Source of the DNA: Lama guanicoe
Taxonomy: Eukaryota
Length of the DNA: 44,563 bases
Assembly (NCBI GenBank): GCA_013239625.1
Contig: MU054323.1
Location: forward strand, 4,082,161-4,126,723
Reading direction: 5' to 3'
A model generated the notes under the pieces. That model ran no database searches. It had not been told where the DNA came from and was given only the letters and a program-made list of their open reading frames with translations. The position numbers and the translations under genes were made by a program. Each line of letters starts with the position of its first letter. Position 1 is the stretch's first letter. Shown here in pieces: positions 11,101 to 24,399 of this stretch.

Positions 11101-13670
11101 AAACATTTTTGCCCATTTTTTGCAGATTTTCAAATTTGTTGGCATAAATTTGTTTATAATCTCTTAGGATGTTTTAAATAATTGCAGGATCTATGGTGAT
11201 ATCTTTTTTTATATTTTCTGATATTGGCTATTTCTGATAGTTAGGGAATATGAGTGGTAGGAAGACTACTGAGGTAAGTTGTTATTCTCACATTATATCA
11301 AAGGTACATGCTGTTAACATGAAGAGACTAATTATGTAAATCTCGTTCACTTTACCTGAGGCTGTGTTGAGCAGATTTCTTCTGTGTAGTTCCCTTTTTC
11401 ACGCTGTACTTTTTAGAAGGAAGTTGCTATGTGTGTGTCATGCTTTAAATGGGTGAAAAGTTATGCACTTCTTCTGTGGAGGGAGTAGCTACTACATAAA
11501 TTAGTTGAGATTCTTCTGTACCAGATATTTGTCTGCTCTCTCCCATTTAATTTTTTAATCATTTATATTACTATGGACTCATGTATATTTATGTCACACT
11601 TTAGATTGTAATCCAAGCCTGTGTTCTTTATTGCTCAAATGGTTCCAGCTTTGGCCACTGGGGGCTCTTTCAGTTGACTTCTCTGTTTCCTATTACTTAA
11701 CCTCATTGTTTTGTTTTTGAACACATTTTGCTTTTGGCACTAAATGATGCTCCAGATACATCTTACATATCCCCTGCACAAGCCCTAGAATCAACCATTT
11801 CTCCAAAGTGGTCTGGTTTCTTTTATTTGAGAATGTTTTATTAGACACCAGGATTTGGGTGCTGGATGAGGATATTTATTTTTATTTTGTTAAATTCTGT
11901 TATTTATTCCTTAGTTTTAATTTCTTTGGATTTAATTTGCTATCTTTTTTAACTTCTTGAGATAGTTATATTTTCAATATTAATTCAGCTTAAAATGTTT
12001 TCTAATTTCCGTTTCCATCTCTTTTTTGAACAGTGGAGTACTTAGAAGTTACTGATTTCCAAACATTTGGGTACTTTCAAGTTATTTTAAAAATTTCTTT
12101 CTAACTTAATTTTATGGTGTTCAGAGAACATACTTGAATAATTTAGTCTTTCAAACCACATTTAACCAATTTTGTTAATCTTATATGTGCATTTGTAAAT
12201 ACTATGCACTAAATGATGGTTGGGTTGCAATGTTCCAAATGTGTCATTTAGGTCATTTTTGTTAATTGTGCTGTTTGAGTGTTTTTTATCCTTACCAATT
12301 TTCTTCAGATTTTTATTTTGGTTGGTGAGAGTGATATAGTCTCTCACTTTAATAGTGGATTTGTCTTTCTCTTTTTAGTTACTGTTAGGATTTATATATT
12401 TTGAAGATATGTGATTAGGTGCATACACATTTGAACTGTTACACCTACCTGGTGGTTCGGCCTTTAGTTATTATAAAAGACTTCTTTCTACCTCGAGCAG
12501 TGTTTCTTGCCTTAATGCCGTCTTTGCCTCATATTATGCCAGTTTTTGGCTTTTATTGGGTTAGCGTTTGGTTGATTTTTCATGTTACAGTTTTTAACAC
12601 CTTTTACTTTCAAACTTACTTTGTCTTTCTAGTTAAGGTATGTATGTAATACACCATTTATTTCCCTCCAGTCTATTTTTCTTTCAAATGGAATATTTAT
12701 TCCATTGATATTTATGTAGTTAGAGATATGTTTGGTTTGTATATACTGTCTTACTACTTGTTTTCTATTTCTCCTGTTTTTTCTTGTTTTCTTTTGAATT
12801 AAAAAATCCGTTTTATTTTTATCACATTTTTCTGTTAGTTATACATTCTTTCACAATTCTTTAATGGTTGATTACCCAGAGGTTATTACATGCATCCTTG
12901 ATTTAGTAGAGTCTAAATTATTTTTCCTATTTGCTAAACAATGATAGTGTCTTAGAATACCTTAACTCCATTTACCACTTTTCTTTTTGTATTATTGCTG
13001 TCATACACTTTAATATCATGAAATATTATTTTGATAGTTTTATTATTTGATAGATTTAAATAATTATATTTACCCATATTTCTACCATTTAACTTGGTCT
13101 TCTGTTTTTCCTGTATTTTCATGTTTCCTTCTGGTGTCTTTTTACTTCTTTCTGAAGAACTTGCTTAATATTTCCTTTAACACATGCCTTATGATGAGGA
13201 ATTGTCTCATTTTTGCCTGTAAATGTATCTTGCCTTCAGTTTTGAGAGGAGTTTTCTTTGGATATAGAATTTTAGAATAGTTTTTTTCTAACTACAATAT
13301 TTTAATTTTAATATAATTTTAGAATTCTGGAAGTTACTTTCTTTCAGACTTTTAAAGATACCTTTCCATTATCTTAAGACTTTGATCTTTTTTGTTAAGT
13401 CAGTTCTAAGTGGTTTTCCCTTGGCAGATTTAAGTTTTTGTTTTTTTTTTTAAATAAGGTTTTCTGTGATGTGCCTGGAACACTTTTGTTTGTGGCTTGT
13501 TATTACCTGTTTGGGGTTGGTATTTTTGAATTTTTAAGCTAGAATTTTTTAGTTTTAATAAATTCTCATATATATATCTCATCATTAAATATTTCTTTTG
13601 CCCATTATCTCTCTTCTTACCTTTTGGGATTCCAAGTACACTTATGTTAGAGGTTCACTTTGTCACATAC
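8150..13670 (-). mobile_element. Mosaic of old antisense LINE-1 fragments (L1ME/L1MC/L1MD-like 3'UTR and ORF2)
   Basis: T-rich antisense L1 motifs occur throughout, e.g. 'cattgaatctgtagatcattt', 'aagtagtgattgtgagcaacc', 'ccttacattcctgggataag' and 'ctgtgaagccatttggcctgaag'. An L1MC/MD-type 3'UTR piece is nested at ~11240-11870 ('ttgctcaaatggttccagctttggccactggggg'). Confidence 0.75.
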
Positions 13671-13689
13671 TCTGATGGCATTTTCTTTT

Positions 13690-14577
13690 TTTTTTTTTTA
13701 AATTGAAGTGTAGTCGATTTGCGTTTCAGGTGTACAGCAAAGTGATTCAGTTATACACACATCTATATATCTATCTTTTCTGTTATAGGTTATTACAGGG
13801 TATTGAATCTAGCTCCCTGTGCTATACAATAGGTCCTTGTTGTTTGCCTATTTTATATATAATAATACATATCAGTTAATCCCAAATTCCTAATTTATCC
13901 CTCCCCCCACATGCCCGGTTGGTAACCATAAGTTTGTTTTCTATATCTTTGAGTCTGTTTCTGATTTATAAATCATTTGTATCATTTTTTTGGATTCAAC
14001 ATATAAGTGATACCATATGATATTTATCTTTCTCTGACTTTACTGAGTATGGTAGTCTCTAGATCCATCCATGTTGCTACAGGTGGCAATATTTCATTCT
14101 TTTATATGGCTGAGTAATATTCCATTGTATATATGTATTTGTATGTATGTGTATGTGTATATGTGTGTGTGTGTGTGTATACACCACAACTTCTTTATCC
14201 ACTCATCTGTCAGTAGACATTTAGGTTGCTTCCATGTCTTTGCTGTTGTAAATTGTGCTACTATGAACATTGGGATGCATGTGTCTTTTTGAATAAGAAA
14301 TTTTGTCTTTTTGGGATATATGCCCAGGAGTGAGATTGCTGAATTATATGGTAACTCTATTTTTAGTTTTTTAAGGAACCTCCATACAGTTTTCTATATT
14401 GGCTGCACCAATCTACATTCCCACTAATGGTGTAGGAGGGTTCCCTTTTCTGCATACTCTCACCAGCATTTATTGTGTGTAGACTTTTTGATGATCATTC
14501 TGACTGGTGTGAGGTAATACCTCATTGTAGTTTTGATTTGCATTTCTCTAGTAATTAGCATTGTTGACCATCATTTC
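13690..14577 (-). mobile_element. Lineage-specific 5'-truncated LINE-1 (ORF2 C-terminus + 3'UTR + polyA)
   Basis: Poly-T at the left end, followed by a cetartiodactyl-type L1 3'UTR. TSD ATGGCATTTT(C/A)TTTT at 13675-13689 and 14578-14592. Confidence 0.9.
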
Positions 14578-14592
14578 ATGGCATTTTATTTT

Positions 14593-15950
14593 CTACTTTG
14601 TGAGCTTCAGTCTATATATTTTATACTGACGTATCTTCTGTTTCACTAATCCTTTGTTTAGCTTTCTGGGGCCCTGCCCTCATGGAAGACACTGAACTTC
14701 AGGGTTTCCCAGCTTCATGAAATTGCCAAAAGCTTTGCTCAGCTTTGTAGAGTCTCAGTCATAGCTTTTGACAGCTAACTGTCCCTTCTGGATAAAGTTG
14801 TCTCAAGTGCCAGGCTTCTTTGCTCTCTTTTCTGCTTTCTTGGACTTTGGCTTTGGAAATTTTATTACTCTGATTGTTCTCTGATAATGTCAAACAAATA
14901 TATCTTATATTTTGTTCAAGTTTTCTAGATTTTCTTAGCCTGACACTTGGTTCAAATCATCTTGGAATGCTGCTGCCGGCTGTCACTTTTTTTTTAACCT
15001 GAGGTATAAATAAGGGATGCAATTTTACTTTTTTTAAAAGATCAGTGGCAAATTTTGTCATGAACGTTTATTAAACCAATCTTTTCCTATAAAATTCAAC
15101 TACAGCCATTGTAGTATATTAAATCTTACATGTTCTGGAATCTGATTTTGGATTTTCTCTTCTATTCCACTAATCTGTTGCTATACAAATGCTGTTTCTT
15201 TTTCATATTTTTATAATGTGTTCTGATTTCCAGTAAGGCAAGTCTCCTGCCCCCATATTATTATTTCTTATAGTTCTACTCAGTATTTATTCTTTCAGGT
15301 AAAGTTTAAGATCATTTTGTCAACTTTTAGGGAAGAAAAACTTTTGGTATTTTAATAAAAATTACATTGAATACATACCATATTTTGTAAGTGGATATTT
15401 TTGTGCATTGAATTATTTCTTCTTTGAAAATTGAAGCTTTTTAAGCCTTTTTAGAGAATCCAAAGCAGGCTAGACTGCTGCTCTTTCTTCTTTTTGTCAG
15501 ATCTTGAACTATGTCTTTAAATAAGATTTCAGTCTCATTTATGTAGGTCCTATACATTTCTTGTTAAATTTATTTTAACTATTGAAATGTAGTCTGTTTT
15601 TTTATTTCTACTTACTGGTGCTTTTTTTTGGATTAAAGAGAATCTGTTGGATTTTTATATATTTTGTGTTTTGTCAGTGTATCAAATTATTTCTAGTTTT
15701 TTACTTCCTAGTTATAAAATAATGTCATTAGTAAAAGAAATATTTTAACATATCTTTACATTTATTTCATTTACTTTTCTGATAACATAGGCTAAAATTT
15801 CCCAAAAAATGATGAATAATATTGACTGTGAACACCATTCTAATTGCTGACTTAAATTGAAAAGGATTTAGTATTAACGTCATAAAACAATATTGTTTGG
15901 CATTTAAATATTTACTAATTTGGATATAAAATGAATCTCATTATAGTTTT
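14593..15950 (-). mobile_element. Old LINE-1 remnants
   Basis: Decayed antisense L1 motifs, e.g. 'ttctcttctattccactaatc', 'ggtattttaataaaaattacattgaata' and 'tttcttgttaaatttattttt'. Confidence 0.55.
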
Positions 15951-15976
15951 AAAAACTTTATTTTGAAGTAAGTTTT

Positions 15977-16700
15977 AAAAAAGGGGAACCCTCTTACACT
16001 GTTGGTGGGAATGTAGTTTGGTGCAGCCATTTTGGAAAACAGTATGGAGATTCCTTAAAATACAGAAAATAGACTTACCGTATGATCCAACAATCCCACT
16101 CCTGGGCATATATCCAGAGGAAACTCTAACTGGAAAAGATACATGCACCCCAATGTTCATAGCAGCACTATTTACAATAGCTAAGGCATGGAAGCAACCT
16201 AAATGTCCACTGACAGATGAATGATGAAGAAATTGTGGCGTATTTATACAAAGGAATACTACTTAGCCATAAAAAAGAATAAAATAATGCCATTTGCAGC
16301 TACATTGATGGACCCAGAGATTGTTATACTAAGTGAAGTAAGCCAGAAAGAGAAAGAAAAATACCATATGGTATCACTTACATGTGAAATTTGAAAAAAA
16401 AAAAAGGACACAAATGAGCTTATTTACAAAACAGAAGACTCACAGACACAGAAAACAAACTTATGGTTACCAAGCGTAAAGAGGGTGCAGAGGGATAAAT
16501 TGTGAGTTCAGAATTCGTAGGTACTACCATGTATAAAAGAGATAAACAACAAAGTCCTGTATAGCACGGGGAGCTATATTCAATACCTTGTAATGACCTA
16601 TAATGAAAAGTAATATGAAAAGGAATATATATATGTATAACAATCACTATGCTGTACACCAGAAATTAACAACATTGTAAATCAACTATAATAAAAAATA
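15977..16700 (+). mobile_element. Lineage-specific 5'-truncated LINE-1
   Basis: ORF 16018-16224 ([13 protein letters not shown]...[15 protein letters not shown]...[22 protein letters not shown]) is the L1 ORF2p C-terminal cysteine-rich region. It is followed by the 3'UTR and an A-rich tail. Confidence 0.93.
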
Positions 16701-16878
16701 ACTTTTGTAGTATAAGTTAAAAGAGAATGTTTTAAAATACTTATTTTAATATTAATAAACCCATTACATGTTAACATAAAAGTTACAAGAATAAAATTAT
16801 TCCTCTTAAACTTCACTCAGATTTCCCAGTTAACCATATTTTCCCTATTCTCTTTCTGAGTTTTTATGTATTTTTGTG

Positions 16879-16902
16879 TATATATATATATATATATATA
16901 TA
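16879..16902. repeat. (TA)n microsatellite
   Basis: About 12 TA units, read directly. Confidence 0.9.
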
Positions 16903-16916
16903 TGCATGTATATTTA

Positions 16917-17243
16917 CAGTAGGCCCCCCATTATCTGTGTGGGTTATATTCTAAGACCTCCAGTGGGGCCTGAAACCTTGGATAATACTGAAACCTGTAT
17001 ATACTATGTTTTTTCTTACACTAATGGGTGGGTAGTATAGATAGCATGGATACACTGGAGAAAGTGATGATTCACATCCTAGGCTAGATGGAGCAGATAG
17101 CTTGAGATTTCATCATACTACTCAGAATGCTATGCAAATGAATTGTTTCTTTCTGTTGTTTTTCATTTAATACTTTTGGATTGGGGTTGACCATGGATAA
17201 CTGAAACACAGAAATGAAATCATGAATAAGGAGGGAATAACTG
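16917..17243. mobile_element. MER44A-like TcMar-Tigger MITE
   Basis: Termini CAGTAGGCCCCCCATTATC and GAATAAGGAGGGAATAACTG are imperfect TIRs, with TA on both flanks. The interior matches recalled MER44 ('gaaaccttggataatactgaaacctgtatatactatg'). Confidence 0.85.
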
Positions 17244-17289
17244 TATTTATGAATGTATGTGTGTGTATAATATTATATCCATATGTAAT

Positions 17290-18560
17290 TTCCTTAGCCA
17301 TTTGAGAATAATTGCATATGTTATACCTAAAACATTTCAGTGTAAATTTCCTGTAAACAAGGATACTTCTTGCATATAATCAGGAAATAGACATACAGTT
17401 CTACCATCCAGTGCCTAGACCCCCATTTTGCTGGTTATCCTAGCAGTGTCCTTTATAATTCCTTGTTCTTTTTGATCTTGGATTCAGTGTAAGTGATACG
17501 TTGCCTTTAGTAGTCATGTCTCTTAGTCTCCTTAAATCTGAATCAGTTTCTTAATTTTCTTGACCTTCATGACTTTGATATTTTTTAAGAACACAAGCCA
17601 ATTAATGTAGAATTACTCTCAATTTGGGTTTAATGTTTTTTGTGATTAAATTCTGTTTGTGTACTTCGGTATGAATTCCATAGGAATGATGCTCTGTTCT
17701 CTACTTATATCAGCTGATACAGTGTCACTTTGTACTATTACTGTTGATACTGACTTCTGTCATTTTCTTAGGTTAGTGTCTTCTGGATTTATCTTGATAA
17801 ATTTTATGCTTAATGCTTGATTAAAAACTGTTTTGTGAGGCTGCATAAATAGCCTCTTATTCATCTAATGTTCACCTACTAGTTTTGGTGTCCTCGATGA
17901 TTCTTGTCTAATCAAATATTACTACAGTGGTTGCCAGAAGATTTTTAATTCCATCATTCTTTCTGCCTACACAATTTTATTTATTCATTTATTCATATAT
18001 TAGTAATGACTCATAGATTTCTATTTTATTTCATAGATTATAATCCATTGTTACCAGCATGCATTTTGATCTCTATGTTGTCACAGGATTGGTCATGTGA
18101 ACCCCTTGAAGCTGATTTCTCTGTTTGATATGTCCTAGTAATTCTTTGAGTTCTTCCTTTACTTCAGGGTATCCTAGTCTTGGAATGAGGCATTTCTCCA
18201 AGGAGCCCTGCTATCTTTTAGTGAAAAATGATAATTACAAACTGAGATCTGGGCCTTGGTGTGCTTTTTTTATAGTGTTTGTCTTGACACCCTCTTAGTG
18301 GGTAAAGCTAGAAATAGACATAGAAATATATAAAAATTTTTATTTGTATGTATATAAATGTTTATATATATGTATTCCTTGTTTATATACATATGTGTCT
18401 ACATAGACATTTATATCTATCCCCACATGCATCCATCTTTTTATTTGAAAGCCACAAGTTTATACTGAACTCCAATTCTGGCGTTTTTTTAATATTTGTA
18501 ATTCTCTAACCAAAATCTGAGTCCCATAGTCCTCAATATATTTACTTATTTGTTCAATCC
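17290..18560 (-). mobile_element. L1MC4/5-like 3'UTR
   Basis: Motifs 'ttgcctttagtagtcatgtctcttagtctccttaaatctg', 'catttctccaaggagccctg' and 'gaaagccacaagtttatactga'. Confidence 0.75.
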
Positions 18561-18837
18561 TATTTTAAGTAACCAATCACCTGACCAGCAGGCCATCTTC
18601 ACTATCCCCATTCTTCTGACATGGCGGTCACCAGACCTAACTCTCCTCTACTCACCATGGTTGTGGTCCCAACTGTAATTTTAATGGACATTTCTTAGAT
18701 TAAAAATTAGATCTTTGGCTTTGGTGGTCATTTATGCTACTGCTCTTATAAAATTTCTACTCCTTTTCCCCTATTTTTGGTTTCTGTTTTTATTTTTTTC
18801 TTTAATGTGCAGAACCTTGGTCAGTTTATTTAAAAGT

Positions 18838-18941
18838 TAATTAATTAATTACTTATTTTTTAAATGGACGTACTGGGATTGAACCCAGGACTTCTTGCAT
18901 GCTAAGTGTGCACTTTACCACTGAGCTATCCTCCTCCTCCC
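18838..18941 (-). mobile_element. Short tRNA-derived SINE (camelid-type)
   Basis: The minus strand reads gggaggaggaggatagctcagtggtaaagtgcacacttagcatgcaagaagtcctgggttcaatcccagtac, with Pol III A and B boxes and an AT-rich tail. It is homologous to 37022-37117. Confidence 0.88.
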
Positions 18942-19324
18942 TTTTTAAAAATTGGAACATTTCCTTCTTTTTATAGGAATTTCTGTTCCTATTCCCTTCT
19001 TTTCTGAGAAAAAGAATACATATATTTAATTTGACTGAGAAGTGTTAGATTGCTTTCTGGAATGGCTGCACCAGTCTACACTCCCACCAGCAGTGAACGA
19101 TCATTCCTGTACCTTTACATTCCCACCAAGACGATACTGCCCAGCTTTGATTTGGTTAGTATGAATGGTATACTAGTGATACAATGTTTTCATTTTTATT
19201 TTTCTTATTAGTACTTTTGAGAGTATTTTTACGCATGGTATCATATATATCCTTATCCTATTTTACTATAGGCCGCCCCCCGCCCCTTATGATTTGCCTG
19301 AATTCCTTATATATTCTGAATCAG

Positions 19325-19525
19325 AAATATCCAATAGAACTTTCTGTGGTGATGGAAATGTTATTCTGTTTTGCCCAGTACAGGGACCACTAGCCACATG
19401 TAGGTGTTCAGCACAGTAACTGTTGGCTACTGTGATTGAGGAATTGACTTTTTAATCAGTTACATACAAAATTAATTAAATAGTCACATGTGGATAGAAC
19501 TCATGCACTATTGGGTAGTTCCACT
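19325..19525. mobile_element. MER3-like hAT-Charlie fossil
   Basis: Contains 'tccaatagaactttctgtggtgatggaaatgtt...gaccactagccacatgt...actgtgattgaggaattgacttttt...aatagtcacatgtgg'. Confidence 0.85.
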
Positions 19526-19877
19526 CCAGATATTCTTTGTGGTTTTGGGCACTTGCAAGTATCTTCTCTTTTATGATGGTGTCCTACATTGTACAAAATT
19601 CTTAAATTTTATTTAACAAGTAAATTTTGTTTTATGGCTTATACAGTAGAACTGTCATCATATGTGTCCCCTTTAGATTTTAGTTAACATTCTCTAGTGG
19701 ATACACATATGAATGGAATTGCAGGACCATAGAGTATGAGCATACTTAATTTCAGAAAACATTGCCAGATTGCTCTCCAAATGGCTGCACCATTCTATAC
19801 TCTCACGATGTAAAAGGTTTCCTTTCCCCCCTGTCGTTAATAGCCCCTGACATTATTTGACTTCCTAAATTTTTGCT

Positions 19878-19982
19878 TTTTTAATTGAAGTGTAATTGGT
19901 TTACAGTGCTGTGTCAGTTTCTAGTGTACAGCGTAATGTTTCAGTCATACATAAACATACATATATTCCTTTTTGTATTCTT
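19878..19982 (-). mobile_element. Very short lineage-specific L1 3' terminus
   Basis: Reads 'ttttttaattgaagtgtaattggtttacagtgctgtgtcagtttctagtgtacagc'; TTGCTTTT is repeated on both flanks. Confidence 0.75.
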
Positions 19983-21439
19983 AGTTCTTGCTTTTAAAGA
20001 TACTTTGGGCTCCATCTTTCTTTTTTAATATAAAGAGCATTGTGATGGATATTTGCAGGGATACCTCAAAGTCATTTTGTTTGCACTTTATTCCTTATAT
20101 CCAATTTTAGATTTTTATTGGGAAACAGGTAATTTGGACCTTTTGGGAAGGCACAAAATAAATAAGAAAAGTTTTATTCAGAGACTTAGAATCAGTATAC
20201 CCTCATGCAGGTATTTCTGGACTGTCTGAAACAGGAAGGAAAGGAAAAAAAAATATTGGGCTGCCTGATTGCTATATCTCTGTCCTCCAAACTAAACCCA
20301 TTATAAGATTCCTTAATCTCATGTGGGAAATTATTTGTACACTTACTAAAAAAAAAAGCCCTCCTCCCGTACACTTCTGAATGTCACTGTAAACTGAAGG
20401 AAGAGGCCTTATTCCTTATTAAAGAGTAATAATCTTCTAAAAAGTTAACTGTTCATTCAGAAACCATTTGTTAAGTGAAGTCCTACATCCACCCCACCCC
20501 CAGATAGTTCTCAGACTGCAGTATTATCTATTTGATTTATCTGGTTGTATGTTTATTTCTTGAGGATAGAGATTATCATTTCAATACTTAATACTTAAAG
20601 ACTATTACCTCATTTTTTAATACTTAACATAGGGCTAAATGTATAGTAAACATTCAGCTAATATGTGTTGATCTAAACATACACCATACAGCAGGAATTA
20701 GCCAGGGTATCCGTCATTCTTTGTCAACAGACTTGACCTACGTTATCTCCAAAGAAGAAAATAGCTTTTATCACACATTAAGTAGTAATATTATCAGTAC
20801 ATAAAAGTTTACATCGTGAGTGTGGTAGCAGACAAGTAGAACAACCAATGTGGCCAAGCCCAGACATACCAGTCTCAAGTCATTTAAAAATTCACTTATC
20901 TGGAATATGTTTTTTTTGACTATTTTGCATAACTGAGATATTAGTATGGTTTAATATTTGGAATAGTCTTCCTAAAAATGAAATGAAATTATTAAATGTG
21001 ATTAGTTTTGGGGAAAAAGGGCAAGTTTTGTTCTATAATTTAGCTTTCTAGTCATGTCACCACCATTGTCCTTCTGGCCTACACACTTTCTGGTTATTGT
21101 CACTAATTCTTCCTCTCTTTCCGTTTTCCCCTCCTATCCTGTACATTCTTGCATATTGCTTGTTTCCTATTATATTCTTTGTCTTGTCGTCACTCCACCA
21201 GAAGTGAAAGCATCTGTGAAATGACAAACTTTTATTTTCTTTGTACATCATGTTGCCTGGGCTATTACTGTCAGCACCTTGGAACTTTGAAACTAATCAA
21301 TTGTAAAAGTTAACTTCATGTTCTGAATTATTTTGCCATCAGTTTGACATGTGTTCAACTCATTTTGGTAGACTGTATTGAGTGAACCATCCACATTTTC
21401 CCATTGATCAACAACACATACTACAAAACACTTGTTTGG

Positions 21440-22457
21440 AGTTCAAATCTTCATTTCTTTTATTTCCCTTGAATTGCAGATCCATATATCCTACTACATT
21501 CTTGAAGTTTTCAGTGGATAGCCAATTCAAATTTAACTGGTCTAAAATTAAATTCTTATCTTTCCTATTCAAATTTTCTCTTTCTGCAGTGTCCTTAATC
21601 TTAGTAGTTTGTTTCCTGTTCACCTGTTGTCATGACAAAAAATTTTGATCTTATCCTTGATTGCTCTTTTTCTTTTGTACCTCACAAACATTCCTATTAG
21701 TACTACCTTTAAAACACATCCCTCTTACATTTTACCCCTCGCGTTGCTATCAACAGAGTGTAAGCCACCACCATTTCTTACCTGGATTACTGCTGCAGTT
21801 TTCTAAATGGTCTCCCTGCTGCCCCTATTTCCCTCCCCTCAATACATACCCAGTATGTTCTTCACATGGCTGTCAGAGTGAACCTATTAAAACCCAAATC
21901 TGATTATGTCCAAAACCTCCAATGGCTTTCCCCCACATTTAGAATAAAATTCAGAGTCCTTGAGTGGCCCGTAAGGCCCTACATGATCTGGCCCATTGCT
22001 CTCTCTCACCTCGTCTTTCACTTTTCCTGTCACTCACTGTTCTCCAGCCACACTATTCTACTTAACTCATCTTTACACATGTTTCTACCTCAGGCCCTTT
22101 GTATGTACTATTCCTTAGTCTAAAATGCTTTTCCTAAGGAATACATAAATTTCTTGCTTTATTCAAGCCTCTTATTTAAATATTGCCTTATTATAGAGGC
22201 CAATCCTGATCATTCTTTATAAAGTAAATTTCCACCTCTATGAATCCTTATCCTGTTATTCTGCTTTGTTTTATTTACAAAGATTAATGACAAGCTGATA
22301 TTATGGTACATGTTTTTATCTATCCCCATCAGAATGTAAGCTCTTTGAAGAGAAGAAATTTGCTTATCTTGTTCACTTTAGCCCTTGCACTTAGGGTATA
22401 TGTTGACATATAACATGTGCTCAATAAATATTTGCTGAATAATGAATACATAAATGC
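21440..22457 (+). mobile_element. LINE-2 (L2a-like) 3' region
   Basis: Typical L2 motifs 'catttcttacctggattactgc', 'aaaacctccaatggctttccc' and 'agaatgtaagctctttga', ending 'gctcaataaatatttgctgaataatgaat'. Confidence 0.88.
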
Positions 22458-22934
22458 AGTTTCTGACTGTGACAATTTCTCTCTGGGCTCAGTTCAAAAC
22501 AGATTTGTTGTTCTTGCATGAGATTTGCCCCTATTCTTAACAATGCTGGACTTTATTTCATAAGTATGCCTTTAATTTATGCATTATCAAATTTATGACT
22601 TTATGAATTATTAATTAAATGAGTTTATGTATTCTTTTTAGGATAATCTATCATGTCTTTTATCTTTTATGATTCAGTCTCAGTGAAATGGACTGAAAAA
22701 TGAGATCCTTTAGAATTTACAAGTGGAAATTTTGGCCACTAGATGGAGACCCAGTACTGACTTTATATGATAGGCTGACTATCCAAGAAGTAATCATAAA
22801 AATAAAAAATGTTTAAACAAATGTTTTAATTTTTCCTTCCTATTTTGTATATTTATAACAATTTTTACTCTTTAGAGATAACATATATTCAAGAAGGTTT
22901 GGTGTGGTTAGCAAGTTGTAGTAAAAAGGAAGCA

Positions 22935-23155
22935 TTAGATACCAACTACTATATATAAAATAGATAAACAATAAGGTCCGACTGTGTAGCACAGGGAACT
23001 ATATTCAATACCTTGTAATGGCCTATAATGAAAAATAATATTAAAAGGTATATATATATATGTGTATATGTATAACTGAATCACTGTGCTGTACACCAGA
23101 CATTAACACAGCATTAAATTGACTATACTTCAATTTTTAAAAAGAAAAAAAAAAG
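22935..23155 (+). mobile_element. Lineage-specific L1 3'UTR fragment with A tail
   Basis: Reads 'atagataaacaataaggtccgactgtgtagcacagggaactatattcaatacc...tgtacaccagacattaacac...tatacttcaatttttaaaagaaaaaaaaaag'. Confidence 0.88.
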
Positions 23156-24101
23156 AATATGATTCATTCAAAAATCCATACAAAGATCAGGGTACTTGGC
23201 TAATTCTGCAAAGTAAGGCTGGAGGAGCACGGACTGTTGACAAAAGTTAGGATGTGTGGTAATGCTGAGCTGATTAGATTTAGAAATCAAGGGATTTATA
23301 TTAGTGGGAAAAAGGGCAGTCAGGGAAGAGTATAAAAGAGAAAATAACTCATGATAAAACTGAAATAGATGTAATTAAAATGTGCTTTTTTGATAGAGCC
23401 AGGTAGAGCAGCAATGAAGGTTACAAGGTAGGAGGGTTCCAGAGATTTGTCAGTGGCAGGATGTTCTGAGGGATTTTCTAACTGGCCAGGCAAATGGGAT
23501 TCTGTTTGTTCTTTCCTAAATGAATGAAGAAGTTGGCTAATTTTATCATGTTAGACTTTTATTTTTGGTATAATTTTTCCATGATGCCTTGCAATTTGGA
23601 GACTGCATGTGCCACATATGAGATACCTAAAGCAATAAATATATTTTCTATGAAGTTCTTAACAAATATGATTCCTCATAACTGAATATTAAAAAGACTG
23701 CAGAAGGGAAATGTAAAATAATTTTTCTACTTTTCCTCACTGGGTTTCATTTACTTTGCCTCAAAATGAGCACCCCCAGAAAAAAATGAGAAGGTCTTTT
23801 TATGACAACGCTAGGAGAAGAAAAGTACTGCATGGCCTGTATGCTATGTAGGGGTTGTTAACTGTGAGGACATTCTTAGAGGCAGAGAGTGAATAGGAGT
23901 GAAAGATCCAGGGTACTCCCCAGCCATAAGTGCTCCTATTTACTTTTCAAAATCATTTTATAGCTCTTACCTGGCAATATTATATCTTTGTGGCATTATC
24001 AAATAATATTGTAGATCTTGACACCTTAACCCTAATAACCACTGCCATCTAAACCTGGAAGTGAACTGAGTGAGTAATGAGAGAGGATATAACTGTTAGA
24101 T

Positions 24102-24370
24102 TGTGCTAGATATTTTCTGGTTTTGCCTTTAAATTTATTCTCCACTATTCTTCAACCTGCTCTGTTTCCCAGAGGATGACCTTTATAGACTGCATCAATA
24201 GGCTTTCTTGCCCTCAGGCTTTTGTTTGGTTTTGGTCAGTGGGGTGAACTGGTAGGAGGTTAGAATGTGGAAAGAGTGAGATTGGAGTATTTATTTACCC
24301 TCTTCCCTCACTACTATCTTGTCACAAATAGGCTCTCTCTCTCTACCAGAGGCCACAGCTTCAACTGAAT
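24102..24370 (-). mobile_element. LTR33-like ERVL LTR (partial)
   Basis: 'ttctccactattcttcaacctgctctgtttcccagaggatgacc...gactgcatcaataggctttcttgccctcaggctt...gagtgagattggagtatttattt' matches the recalled LTR33 consensus in antisense. Confidence 0.7.
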
Positions 24371-24399
24371 GATTGTCTCGTACTGCTACTCCTAGTTGT

